Sequence record: SRR20825010_6018
Strand: one strand, 5' to 3'
Length of the DNA stretch: 39,051 nt
A model generated the notes under the pieces. That model searched no databases. It was given only the letters and a program-made list of their open reading frames with translations, and had not been told where the DNA came from. Within the stretch, counting starts at the first letter, position 1. Each line of letters opens with the position of its first letter. Below are positions 1 to 9,296 of this stretch, piece after piece. Both the position numbers and the translations under genes were made by a program.

Positions 1-49
1 TTAGTTCAACCTACTTTTGCTTTGGCTCAATCCGCTTTGCTTTAGCTCG

Positions 50-75
50 GTACACTGAGCGAAGTCGAAGTGTAC
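50..75. repeat. REP-like palindromic element, copy 1
   Basis: GTACAC-TGAGCGAAGTCGAA-GTGTAC: a perfect 6-bp stem around a 14-nt core that recurs identically at 34393-34406; intergenic, just past a terminator. Confidence 0.7.
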
Positions 76-100
76 TATGATTTAAGCACGTTTTTTTTGC

Positions 101-141
101 AAAAAAGGGACATTCGAATATAAATCGACTGTCCCCCCTTT
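101..141 (-). terminator. Rho-independent terminator after rpsO
   Basis: Minus strand GGGACAGTCGA-TTTATAT-TCGAATGTCCC followed by T6. Confidence 0.75.
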
Positions 142-164
142 AAAATTTTATGCCGTAATGAATC

Positions 165-434
165 TTAGCGACGTAGACCAAGTTCCTTTACAATTGCACG
201 ATATCTTTCGATATCCTTTCTTTTCAAATAATCAAGTAAGCTTCTTCTCTTACCAACCAACAACTGCAATGCACGTTGTGTTCCATAATCCTTACGATTC
301 TTTTTCAAGTGCTCAGTAAGGTGTGAAATACGGTAAGTAAACAATGCAACTTGTCCTTCTGCAGAACCTGTGTTTGCTTCAGAACCGCCATGTTTTTTGA
401 AGATCTCTTTCTTCTCGCTTGAATCTAAATACAT
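165..434 (-). CDS. rpsO: 30S ribosomal protein S15
   Basis: 89 aa; NTGSAEGQVALFT, HLTEHLKKNRKD, RRSLLDYLK, LGLRR match S15. Confidence 0.98.
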   Translation of the reverse strand: MYLDSSEKKEIFKKHGGSEANTGSAEGQVALFTYRISHLTEHLKKNRKDYGTQRALQLLVGKRRSLLDYLKRKDIERYRAIVKELGLRR

Positions 435-481
435 TCCAATATTTTTTTAATGATTTTTATGTATGTCGCTTTTCGACGCTG

Positions 482-489
482 CAAAGATA
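482..489 (-). promoter_or_regulatory. Bacteroidota sigma70 -7 element for rpsO
   Basis: TATCTTTG matches TAnnTTTG, ~48 nt upstream of ATG. Confidence 0.75.
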
Positions 490-543
490 TGTAAATATTC
501 AGAACTTTTATTAAATCAAGCTATCAATTTGACAGCACTCAAG

Positions 544-900
544 TTAATTAAGTATAATTTCTACTTCCCGCTTCAATTCGTCTAGTGATAGCTTTTCCAA
601 TTTCTTAGCACTGATCACCAATTTTAGTTCATCGTTTGTTCGTTCAAAGACTGCTGGAAGGTCATCCTGCCGATCCGTTTCCAACAACCATTCATCTTTA
701 TGTAAAAACTTAAAGGGAATTTTAGATGACTCAATAAACTTTCTCCATTTTCGATCCATTCCAAAAGTTCCATACGTCACTTTACAGAGATTACATTCGT
801 ATGTTTTTGGCGAAAACGTCTTATGAAGAAGATCAAGTGCACCATTCAGACGTCCTGAATCGGCATTATACACAAAAATCAACTCTCTTTCAACCTTCAT
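544..900 (-). CDS. Hypothetical protein with LIFVYNADSG and CxLC motifs
   Basis: 118-aa ORF filling the accD-rpsO gap; YECNLCKVTYG may be a thiol or metal site. Confidence 0.8.
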   Translation of the reverse strand: MKVERELIFVYNADSGRLNGALDLLHKTFSPKTYECNLCKVTYGTFGMDRKWRKFIESSKIPFKFLHKDEWLLETDRQDDLPAVFERTNDELKLVISAKKLEKLSLDELKREVEIILN

Positions 901-909
901 AGTTTCTAT

Positions 910-935
910 GACGGCTCTCCGATTTCTTTCTTACA
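910..935 (-). promoter_or_regulatory. Candidate ECF-sigma promoter
   Basis: Minus strand TGTAAG-N16-CGTC, ending 9 nt before the ATG of the 118-aa ORF. Confidence 0.45.
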
Positions 936-948
936 ACGTAAGGATTTT

Positions 949-1803
949 CTAGCTTCTGAACATTTTCAGCGAAAGAGAAATTGTTTCTTTCAACTGTGGT
1001 CTTTCAACGATATAATCGAGGAAACCGTGCTCAAGTACAAATTCCGATTTCTGGAAACCGTCTGGTAAATCACGTCCGATAGTTTCACGAACAACACGTG
1101 GTCCTGCAAAAGCAATCAACGCATCAGGTTCTGCGATATTAATATCACCCAACATCGCAAATGAAGCTGTTACACCACCTGTTGTAGGATCAGTAAGAAA
1201 TGAAATATATGGAAGTTTCTTTTCTGCCAATTGTCCTAGTTTCCCTGAAACCTTCGCCATTTGCATTAATGAAAGTCCAGCTTCCATCATACGTGCACCA
1301 CCCGACTTTGAGATGATCATAAATGGACAATTCGACTTTATTGCTTCGTCTATACCTCGCGCAATTTTTTCTCCCATCACAGATCCCATTGATCCCCCGA
1401 TAAATGCAAAATCCATTGCAGATACCACAAAATCGTGACCATCAAGTTTACCTTTTGCCGTTCTAATAGCGTCTGTTAGACCAGTACTTTTCTGAGTCGC
1501 CTTGATTCGATCTGAGTATTTCTTCGTATCCTCAAATTTCAGAGGATCACCTGATGTAAGACTCGCGTCTAATTCTTTGTATTTACCATTGTCAAACAAA
1601 AGTTGAAAGTACTCTTCCGACCCAATTCGCTCATGATGATTACATCGATCACATACGTAGGAATTCTTTTGAAGATCGTCCGCAGAAAAAATAGTCTTAC
1701 AGTTAGAACACTTTTTCCAAAGTCCTTCTGGCGTTTCCTTTTTCTCCTTCGTAGAAGTAGTAATCCCTTCTTTGTTTCTTTTAAACCAACTCATTGTATC
1801 CAT
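949..1803 (-). CDS. accD: Acetyl-CoA carboxylase carboxyltransferase beta subunit (start may be 1794, MSWFKR)
   Basis: GLWKKCSNC...CDRC zinc finger, [34 protein letters not shown]. Confidence 0.97.
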   Translation of the reverse strand: MDTMSWFKRNKEGITTSTKEKKETPEGLWKKCSNCKTIFSADDLQKNSYVCDRCNHHERIGSEEYFQLLFDNGKYKELDASLTSGDPLKFEDTKKYSDRIKATQKSTGLTDAIRTAKGKLDGHDFVVSAMDFAFIGGSMGSVMGEKIARGIDEAIKSNCPFMIISKSGGARMMEAGLSLMQMAKVSGKLGQLAEKKLPYISFLTDPTTGGVTASFAMLGDINIAEPDALIAFAGPRVVRETIGRDLPDGFQKSEFVLEHGFLDYIVERPQLKETISLSLKMFRS

Positions 1804-1818
1804 TTTTTCTTGCTTAAA

Positions 1819-2886
1819 CTAAAGGGTATTTACATTATTTAAGTCGTGGAATGATTTTTCCAATCTTGACATAAATGTAACTTCACCTTCGCGCATCCAT
1901 TTTCGTGGATCGTAATATTTTTTATTTGGTTGGTCGTCCCCGTCTGGGTTTCCAATCTGAGTTTTAAGATAATCAATTTTCGAAGTAATATAATCACGAC
2001 ATCCTTCGGTAAATGCAAATTGAAGATCTGTATCGATATTCATTTTGATGACACCATAACCGATTGCCTCTCTAATTTCCTCCAAAGTTGAACCTGATCC
2101 ACCATGAAATACAAAATCTACTGGGTTTTCTCCTGTTCCATACTTAGATTGAATGTAGGTTTGAGAGTTCAATAAAATTTTTGGTGTCAACTTAACGTTT
2201 CCTGGCTTGTACACTCCGTGAACATTTCCAAAAGCTGCAGCAACCGTAAAACGGTCACTCACTTTTTTCAACTCTTCGTATGCATAAGCTACTTCTTCTG
2301 GTTGCGTGTATAGTTTTGAGACATCAACATCCGAGTTATCAACTCCATCTTCTTCTCCCCCAGTAATCCCAAGTTCAATTTCTAACGTCATTCCGATTTT
2401 ACTCATCCGTTCAAGGTAACTTTTACAGATTTCGATATTCTCTTCGATTGGTTCTTCGGAAAGATCAATCATGTGCGAACTATACAGTGATTTTCCTGTT
2501 TCCTTGTAGAACTGTTCACCAGCGTCAAGCAAACCGTCAATCCATGGCAATAAATTCTTCGCAGCATGATCTGTATGAAGAATTACTGTTGCTCCATATA
2601 ATTCCGCCAATGCATGAACGTGTTTTGCACCAGAAACGGCACCAGCGATCGCTGCTTTTTCATCTGCATTTGAAAGTCCTTTTCCCGCGAAAAAATGTGC
2701 TCCACCATTAGAAAATTGTATGATTACAGGTGAATTTAATTTAGCGGCACTCTCAATTACGGCATTAACAGTGCTCGTACTTGTAACATTTACAGCTGGT
2801 AAAGCGAATTTCTTTTGCTTAGCGTATTCAAATATTTTTTGAACTTCATCTCCAGTGGCAACTCCTGGCTTGATTCCGTGACTCAT
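1819..2886 (-). CDS. fbaA: Class II fructose-bisphosphate aldolase
   Basis: FALPAVN, LHTDH, SSHMIDLSEE, GNVHGVYKPG, FVFHGGSG, KMNIDTD. Confidence 0.97.
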   Translation of the reverse strand: MSHGIKPGVATGDEVQKIFEYAKQKKFALPAVNVTSTSTVNAVIESAAKLNSPVIIQFSNGGAHFFAGKGLSNADEKAAIAGAVSGAKHVHALAELYGATVILHTDHAAKNLLPWIDGLLDAGEQFYKETGKSLYSSHMIDLSEEPIEENIEICKSYLERMSKIGMTLEIELGITGGEEDGVDNSDVDVSKLYTQPEEVAYAYEELKKVSDRFTVAAAFGNVHGVYKPGNVKLTPKILLNSQTYIQSKYGTGENPVDFVFHGGSGSTLEEIREAIGYGVIKMNIDTDLQFAFTEGCRDYITSKIDYLKTQIGNPDGDDQPNKKYYDPRKWMREGEVTFMSRLEKSFHDLNNVNTL

Positions 2887-2917
2887 TCTGATTCTTTTTA
2901 AGATTCGTTATATCACA

Positions 2918-2925
2918 CAAAACTA
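2918..2925 (-). promoter_or_regulatory. Sigma70 -7 element for fbaA-accD
   Basis: TAGTTTTG on minus strand, ~32 nt upstream of fbaA ATG. Confidence 0.65.
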
Positions 2926-3056
2926 ATAAATATCTCAATAGACATGGCATCAAAAAAGAAGGTTTCCAATTCACAAAATCAGCCATTGATAGAATTGTTT
3001 TCCAATACTCACTTTTTTTAAAAAAATTATATCTTTAATCAACCATCAACTATTAT

Positions 3057-3956
3057 ATGAAAAATCTACGACGCTTCACATACATCCTCACTGCTTTAAT
3101 CCTCTTTAGTTGTAACTCATACAACCGATTACAATTTTCTAGTGCGGAATTTTTTAGCCAAGAAAAGGCAAAAGAGAACATTCAGAGCTATGATTTGTTT
3201 ATCCATCAAGGGAATGAAAACTACATTGTAAAATCACCTCAAATAGTGGGAGATAGCATTAAAGGCGAGTTTGAACCAATCAAAGCTTCAGATCTTCCCG
3301 TTGCAGATAAAAAGAAGAGGAAGGAAAAGAAACTATTAAAGAATGACATTCACATTTACTTAAAAGATGATAGCCAGTTAGAGAAAATCAATTCGCCTGC
3401 ACCATCAGCCATTTCTAGAAATCAGATTAAAAATGTAGAAATGTACGCCAAAAAAAGTGTTGGCTTAATTGGACTTTACGTCACTCTTGCAATTGTTGGC
3501 TTAACTCTTTTAACAATTCTCGTAGTTGCCATAGTGGCGAAAACTACGGCTGTTGCAGCTGAGCAAAGTTCAGATGGAAGCAGTGATGGCAGTAATAATA
3601 GTAGTGATGGAAGTAATGGAAGCAGTGACGGTAGCAACGGAAGTAGCGATGGGAGCAACGGAAGCAGTGATGGAAGTAACGGAAGTAGCGATGGAAGTGG
3701 TTCTAGTAGTGACGGCAGCGGTTGTTATGTTGCAACGATGGCCTACGGTTCTTATGACGCTCCGAGGGTGTTAATTCTTCGGGAATTTAGAGATAGATTT
3801 CTCGAAAAAACGATCGCTGGGAGGATGTTTATAAAATGGTATTACAAAAATTCTCCTGGTTTTGTTGAGCGACACAGGTCAAAGCAATGGCTCCATCACA
3901 TTCTTCGATTTGGTTTAAACATCTTCACTAGTATCCTTAAACCTTTCTTTTCGTAG
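3057..3956 (+). CDS. Lipoprotein with internal TM helix, Ser/Gly/Asp/Asn repeat linker and C-terminal CFI-box-CTERM-like domain
   Basis: Lipobox LFSC; hydrophobic LIGLYVTLAIVGLTLLTILVVAIVA; SSDGSNG repeats; GCYVATMAYGS...LREFRDRFL...GRMFIKWYYKNSP resembles the CFIATAAYGS family. Confidence 0.85.
   Translation: MKNLRRFTYILTALILFSCNSYNRLQFSSAEFFSQEKAKENIQSYDLFIHQGNENYIVKSPQIVGDSIKGEFEPIKASDLPVADKKKRKEKKLLKNDIHIYLKDDSQLEKINSPAPSAISRNQIKNVEMYAKKSVGLIGLYVTLAIVGLTLLTILVVAIVAKTTAVAAEQSSDGSSDGSNNSSDGSNGSSDGSNGSSDGSNGSSDGSNGSSDGSGSSSDGSGCYVATMAYGSYDAPRVLILREFRDRFLEKTIAGRMFIKWYYKNSPGFVERHRSKQWLHHILRFGLNIFTSILKPFFS
3567..3722 (+). repeat. Coding 21-bp tandem repeat (SSDGSNG, ~7 imperfect units)
   Basis: Units such as AGTAGTGATGGAAGTAATGGA / AGCAGTGACGGTAGCAACGGA differ mostly at synonymous positions. 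Confidence 0.9.
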
Positions 3957-4585
3957 TGATGAAAAAGTTACTCCTACTACTTCTATTGGTTGTTTCGGCT
4001 CATGTATCTGGACAGCAAACATTAACCGTGAAGTATTTTGGTTTAACAGTACACCCTGCTGGAGATAAAACAGCGAAAATTCAACCCTACAAATTAGATA
4101 AGAATGCGGTATTCGTAGCCAACTTCGGACTGTTTGTTGGTTACGAAAAATACCTTTATGAAGATTTGGTTTCCGTAAAAACGATCTCTGCAGCGTTTAC
4201 CGACTGCTCTGGCGGCTTTGCCGTCGTACAACATTTTGGCATTCGAGGAACCCTCATGAAGCTTGAAAAACATAGAATTTACGCTGGACTAGGACCAACT
4301 CTTCTAGTCCGTGATTCATGGACCCGCTTCGGGGATGCTTATCAATCTTCCGGATTCTTCAATGTATCAACTACAAAACGGTTTGGTGATGTTCAATGGA
4401 AAATGATTCCGTACGGTTTTGAATTCGAGTATGATTATGTTTTTTCCGACCGAAATCAGTTGACCACTAGTTTTACCCCTGGAGTTCCTTTGGCTGCAAT
4501 TATCTCTGTTGGCTGGAAGCATTGGTTCAATGTTAAAACATTTAATCAATACAAAGTGTACGTTCCTAAAGATTCCAAGGACTAA
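3956..4585 (+). CDS. Exported protein, probable small outer-membrane beta-barrel
   Basis: Signal peptide MKKLLLLLLLVVSAHVSG; alternating strands (FGLFVGYEKY, FEFEYDYVF, ISVGWKHWF); start overlaps or abuts upstream stop. Confidence 0.7.
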   Translation: MMKKLLLLLLLVVSAHVSGQQTLTVKYFGLTVHPAGDKTAKIQPYKLDKNAVFVANFGLFVGYEKYLYEDLVSVKTISAAFTDCSGGFAVVQHFGIRGTLMKLEKHRIYAGLGPTLLVRDSWTRFGDAYQSSGFFNVSTTKRFGDVQWKMIPYGFEFEYDYVFSDRNQLTTSFTPGVPLAAIISVGWKHWFNVKTFNQYKVYVPKDSKD

Positions 4586-4608
4586 CTAATCGAAATACAT
4601 TCGCACCT

Positions 4609-6207
4609 TTAGTAAAAACGCACCTTGCTTCGAACGTTGTTTTTTTCGTCTGACAACTCAATCATGTATATTCCAACAGTCATATTCGCAATTGAAAAGT
4701 GATTTTTAAGTGTTTTCCTTTCTTCAAAAACCAATTCACCTAAAAGATTATAGATTTTCAGCGTTGGTTTTTCCATTGCGTGCTCAATTGTAAATGTTCC
4801 ATTCGAAGGGTTTGGATATACTAAAAATGCGTCTTCCGGTTTCTCTAAAATCCCTAAATCTCCCGCGTCGATTTGCAAAATATCTACCGAATGTTGAGTG
4901 TCCACTCTTTCGCACAAAAACGTGAATACTCCGTTGAGCATAACGGAAGCATGTTCTGTCGGAGAATGAAAATCACTTGAATCTACAAAGTAACTTTCAA
5001 TACCTCCTGTGGTTAAATCTAACTTATGGACGAATTGAGCATCGTAAAACGGAGAAAAGTCCGTTAGATATAAATTGCTTTGATTTTCTAAACTAAAGTG
5101 CAAATGCTTACCAGCTAGCGTAGCGAACAAGAGCCCGTTTGAATAACCAATTAAACTTTCCCCTGTAATAGGTAAATTTCTAATCGTCCACAAAATACCA
5201 TCGCTAGAGACATAGCTGCGCATTATCCATTCATTCGCGTTAACTTCCGAGTTAACATCTGCTGCGAAATTTATCCCATCAGAACTTCTTCGAATACCAT
5301 ACATCCCTGTTGCATACCAGCAAATGTCATTCTCAAATTCAAATACTTCAGAGAATTGAGAGTTTCCTAGTGCTAACATCTGATCTACAACTGTCGTTTG
5401 CTGAGTGGATTCGTTGTAATTCAAAACGAAAACATCCTTAGAGTTTCCTTGGTAATTTGTAATATCTTCAACAAGTACGTATTGTCCATTACTATTCAGT
5501 CCATTCACCCAGGCAAGTCCATCAGGTGTTGCAGAAGGATTCCCTGACACGATAGGAAACGTCACTGTTCGAACCGTTGAATAAGTAAAGTTTCCTCCAT
5601 TTTCTCTAGCGCATTTCAACTTCCATTGCACATCTGTAGGAGAAGTTTCCGCAGTCATTTGATAGAGGTAATCATTGTTCTTCTTCCCTATCGGTAAAAA
5701 GACATCGCTGGTTTCATTTGTGATCTTTTTAACCTCTGTTGGACTTATATATTCATACACTTGTCTTGCGTTGCCGTCAAATGCTGTTATAAACAATCCA
5801 TCATTGAATTGAAAAATTTCTGGATCAGAATCTCCCGCACCAGGGTTCAAGTCAAAAACTACGGGATTAAAACCATTGAAAAACATCAATTCATTGCCTT
5901 GTCCCACAAAAACTCCAGAAAGCACGGCTCCCCCAGAGACTTCGTTCAACGTTGATGTTACTTCCGTACATCCAGAAATCCATACAGGATTCGCAGATCC
6001 GATATCCGGGATAACTAATTGATACACGAAATTCGTTCCATTGTATTCTTTGTGCACTGCGATAATACTCGTTGGATCTCCTGGATAATTATAAATATGA
6101 TCAATCCATGGCTCGCTATCATTAAAATATGTTTGGATACTTGGATTTTGTGAGAACAGCGTATTTCCAAAAAACAAAAAAGCAAAAAAGGTAATTGTTG
6201 TTTTCAT
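4609..6207 (-). CDS. T9SS type A sorting domain protein with ELWxxDGT-like repeat remnant
   Basis: Signal peptide; C-terminal VYPNPSNGTFTI...IYNLLGELV...GIYMIEL; GNELMFFNG...DLNPGAGDSDP. Confidence 0.88.
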   Translation of the reverse strand: MKTTITFFAFLFFGNTLFSQNPSIQTYFNDSEPWIDHIYNYPGDPTSIIAVHKEYNGTNFVYQLVIPDIGSANPVWISGCTEVTSTLNEVSGGAVLSGVFVGQGNELMFFNGFNPVVFDLNPGAGDSDPEIFQFNDGLFITAFDGNARQVYEYISPTEVKKITNETSDVFLPIGKKNNDYLYQMTAETSPTDVQWKLKCARENGGNFTYSTVRTVTFPIVSGNPSATPDGLAWVNGLNSNGQYVLVEDITNYQGNSKDVFVLNYNESTQQTTVVDQMLALGNSQFSEVFEFENDICWYATGMYGIRRSSDGINFAADVNSEVNANEWIMRSYVSSDGILWTIRNLPITGESLIGYSNGLLFATLAGKHLHFSLENQSNLYLTDFSPFYDAQFVHKLDLTTGGIESYFVDSSDFHSPTEHASVMLNGVFTFLCERVDTQHSVDILQIDAGDLGILEKPEDAFLVYPNPSNGTFTIEHAMEKPTLKIYNLLGELVFEERKTLKNHFSIANMTVGIYMIELSDEKNNVRSKVRFY

Positions 6208-6327
6208 GATGTATAGAATTAGATTTATCCTAAGCTAACCTTATGATTCTACCTTACAAAACCAAACCACTTATGATTGATTGCCGTGTATCTTTCTTCT
6301 ATTGGTCAGTTTTTAATCGGTTATTTT

Positions 6328-6335
6328 TACATTTG
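6328..6335 (+). promoter_or_regulatory. Sigma70 -7 element for the helicase gene
   Basis: TACATTTG, 20 nt upstream of ATG. Confidence 0.7.
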
Positions 6336-6355
6336 TAGAACATCAAAAAACATCC

Positions 6356-8653
6356 ATGAGTTATTTAGACGAACTGAATGAAAGTCAGCGCGAAGCCGTT
6401 GAAAACATTTACGGACCAACAATGGTAATTGCTGGCGCAGGCTCAGGAAAAACGCGCGTACTTACGTTTAGGATTGCGCAGATGATGCAGCAAGGGATTG
6501 ATCCATTCAATATAATGGCTCTTACATTTACCAACAAGGCTGCCAAGGAAATGACTGAACGAATTGAGGCGATCATTGGTGGTGGTGAATCGCGGAATAT
6601 TACCATGGGTACATTTCACTCCGTTTTTTCGCGAATTTTAAGATACAATGCAGATCGACTGGGTTACCCAAGTAATTTCACGATTTACGATACACAGGAT
6701 TCTAAAAGCGTTCTCAAGGATGTCATTAAAGGATTGAACCTCGACGAAAAAGAATACAAACCGAGCAACGTTTTGGGACGGATTTCTTCCGCAAAAAACA
6801 ATTTGATTTCACCAGATGCTTACGCGACGAATGAAGAAATCAAGTTGGAAGATAAAATGGCTAAACGTCCAGAATTAGCACGAATCTATAAGGCATACAC
6901 ACAACGTTGCTTCAAAGCTGGAGCGATGGATTTCGATGATCTTTTGTATCAAACGAATGTTCTCTTGCGAGATTACCCGGATATCCTTTCTCATTATCAG
7001 CAAAAATTCAAGTACATTCTTGTGGATGAGTACCAAGATACGAACTATGCGCAGTATTTGATTGTGAAAAAGTTGGCTGCGGTTTATGAAAACATCTGCG
7101 TTGTTGGTGATGATGCTCAAAGTATTTATTCGTTCCGTGGCGCGAATATTCAAAACATTCTCAATTTCAAGAAAGACTATCCTGACTTTAAATTGTTCAA
7201 ACTAGAGCAAAACTATCGAAGTACGAGAAACATCGTTGAGGCGGCCAATGGAGTGATATCGAAGAATAAAGATCAAATCCAAAAAACGGTTTGGACTTCT
7301 AACGATGAAGGAAGTAAAATCAGCGTCATCCGAACGCTTACCGATAATGAAGAAGGGAAATTAATCACAAATAAGATCTTTGACAAAAGTAAATCTGATG
7401 GTTTGCTCTATAATGATTTTGCCATTCTTTACAGAACAAACAGGCAATCGCGTTCATTTGAGGAAGCCTTGAGAAAACTCAATATGCCGTACAAAATTTA
7501 CGGTGGATTATCTTTCTATCAACGTAAAGAAATCAAGGATCTTCTTGCCTATTTTCGATTAACGGCCAATCATCACGATGAGGAAGCATTGAAACGTGTG
7601 ATTAACTATCCGAAGCGTGCTATCGGAAAAACGTCCATGGAAAATGTCATTATAGCGGCCAATCAATATAATGTGAGTCCTTGGGATGTTATTTCTGACT
7701 TCAATCACTATCCTGTGAATATTAACGCAGGAGCAAAGAACAAAATCACGGAATTCGTTACGATGATTCGAAGCTTTAGAGCTCAACTTGAGACATTAGA
7801 CGCTTATTCGCTTGCTCAAGAAATCGCGAAGTCTTCTGGAATCATAAAAGAACTAAAAACGGATAAAGATAAAGGACCTGAGGAGGTTGAGCGCTATCAA
7901 AATATTGAAGAGTTGCTTTCAGGGATCAAGGAGTTTACTTCGTCACGGGAAGATGATCAATCTTCTTCTTTGTCAGAGTTTATGATGGACGTTGCGCTTC
8001 TTACAGATGCCGATCAAGATAAAGGTGAGGACAAAAATCACATTACTTTAATGACGATCCACTCGAGTAAAGGCTTGGAGTTTCCGCACGTGTATTTAGT
8101 TGGATTGGAAGAAAATTTATTCCCTTCGCAAATGGCATTGGGTTCTCGTTCTGAATTGGAAGAAGAGCGCCGCTTGTTTTATGTGGCAATCACGCGCGCT
8201 AAAACAACATGTACGCTTTCCTACGCTACGTCTCGTTTTCAATGGGGGAATTTAGTGACTTGTGAACCAAGTAGGTTTATTGATGAGATTGACGCTAAAT
8301 TTCTGCATCATGAATCAGTAAGTCGTGGTGGTGGAAGATCACTTTCTGGTGGATTCGGGAATTTTGAACGTCCTTTTTCTGGCGGATTGAACAAACCAAT
8401 GAGCGGAAATTCAGGAGCATTAAAACCATTGAGAAGCGTCAGCTCTTCTACACAGAGCAGTTCAAGTCAAACGGAAATAGCACAACTAAAAGTAGGCTAT
8501 AATGTTGAGCACGATCGTTTTGGAAAAGGTAAGGTAACTCAACTGGATGGAAATGGCGCAGATAAAAAAGCGACTATCTTTTTCCCTCGTCATGGTTCAA
8601 AAACAGTATTATTGAGGTTTGCGAAACTGAAAGTTCTCGGAGATCAACTTTAA
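6356..8653 (+). CDS. pcrA: ATP-dependent DNA helicase UvrD/PcrA
   Basis: AGAGSGKT, TFTNKAA, DEYQDTN, VGDDAQSIY, LEQNYRS, EEERRLFYVAITRA, C-terminal Tudor-like domain. Confidence 0.95.
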   Translation: MSYLDELNESQREAVENIYGPTMVIAGAGSGKTRVLTFRIAQMMQQGIDPFNIMALTFTNKAAKEMTERIEAIIGGGESRNITMGTFHSVFSRILRYNADRLGYPSNFTIYDTQDSKSVLKDVIKGLNLDEKEYKPSNVLGRISSAKNNLISPDAYATNEEIKLEDKMAKRPELARIYKAYTQRCFKAGAMDFDDLLYQTNVLLRDYPDILSHYQQKFKYILVDEYQDTNYAQYLIVKKLAAVYENICVVGDDAQSIYSFRGANIQNILNFKKDYPDFKLFKLEQNYRSTRNIVEAANGVISKNKDQIQKTVWTSNDEGSKISVIRTLTDNEEGKLITNKIFDKSKSDGLLYNDFAILYRTNRQSRSFEEALRKLNMPYKIYGGLSFYQRKEIKDLLAYFRLTANHHDEEALKRVINYPKRAIGKTSMENVIIAANQYNVSPWDVISDFNHYPVNINAGAKNKITEFVTMIRSFRAQLETLDAYSLAQEIAKSSGIIKELKTDKDKGPEEVERYQNIEELLSGIKEFTSSREDDQSSSLSEFMMDVALLTDADQDKGEDKNHITLMTIHSSKGLEFPHVYLVGLEENLFPSQMALGSRSELEEERRLFYVAITRAKTTCTLSYATSRFQWGNLVTCEPSRFIDEIDAKFLHHESVSRGGGRSLSGGFGNFERPFSGGLNKPMSGNSGALKPLRSVSSSTQSSSSQTEIAQLKVGYNVEHDRFGKGKVTQLDGNGADKKATIFFPRHGSKTVLLRFAKLKVLGDQL

Positions 8654-8703
8654 CCTTTTATGTGAATTTTCCGTATACTTATCATATACTGAAAGCTACA
8701 CAC

Positions 8704-9294
8704 ATGAATAAAATTGCATTTATCTCCCTATTTGCGGTCTCTTTTTCTTTTGGACAAGAAGTGAAATTCAAAAACACCCAACTTGAAAATGGACTGTTAT
8801 ATCCAACTGTGATTATTAAAGATCAAGCGGAAATCCAAGAAAAAATAAATAGTTTTCTCAGTGAGCAAATTCAGGTGTATGCGCAACAAGATATGTGCAT
8901 CGGTCAATTTGGCTATGTTCAAAAAGGAAACTACATTCAAATAAATCAGTACGTTAACTGCATGGAGATGACTTCAAGCGCGAATCATTACCTCTTGTTC
9001 GATCTAAAAACTGGTAATGCTATTCCCGTTTCCGACATGGTTGATCCAAACAGACAAGCAGATTTTGACGTATATCTCGCTGGAAAAATCACGGAGCATT
9101 TGACGAAAAAAACAGTTGAAATTACGCCAGAATTGGAACAGAAAATCAAAGAGACGGGCATTGATGATTTCGAGGTTCTTTTTTCAGACCAAGGAATTAC
9201 GCTAACATCTAATGACTTTCCGAATTGGTCAGGAAGCAAACTCACGCTTTCTTGGAATGATCTTCAACGGTTTTTGAAAGTGCGCTTGGTTTAA
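8704..9294 (+). CDS. Exported hypothetical protein, weakly RsiV/DUF3298-like
   Basis: ATG at 8704 gives signal peptide MNKIAFISLFAVSFSFG; FDLKTG...D and C-terminal FSDQGITL...LSWNDLQRFLK pattern. Confidence 0.65.
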   Translation: MNKIAFISLFAVSFSFGQEVKFKNTQLENGLLYPTVIIKDQAEIQEKINSFLSEQIQVYAQQDMCIGQFGYVQKGNYIQINQYVNCMEMTSSANHYLLFDLKTGNAIPVSDMVDPNRQADFDVYLAGKITEHLTKKTVEITPELEQKIKETGIDDFEVLFSDQGITLTSNDFPNWSGSKLTLSWNDLQRFLKVRLV

Positions 9295-9296
9295 CG

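Noticed and set aside
3567-3722. Tandem repeat as a CRISPR array
   Set aside because: No spacers, in frame within a CDS, and no cas genes in the window.
3476-3774. ORFs 3476..3658 (-) and 3553..3774 (+) with periodic LLPS / VMEV sequences
   Set aside because: Alternative-frame shadows of the SSDGSNG coding repeat.
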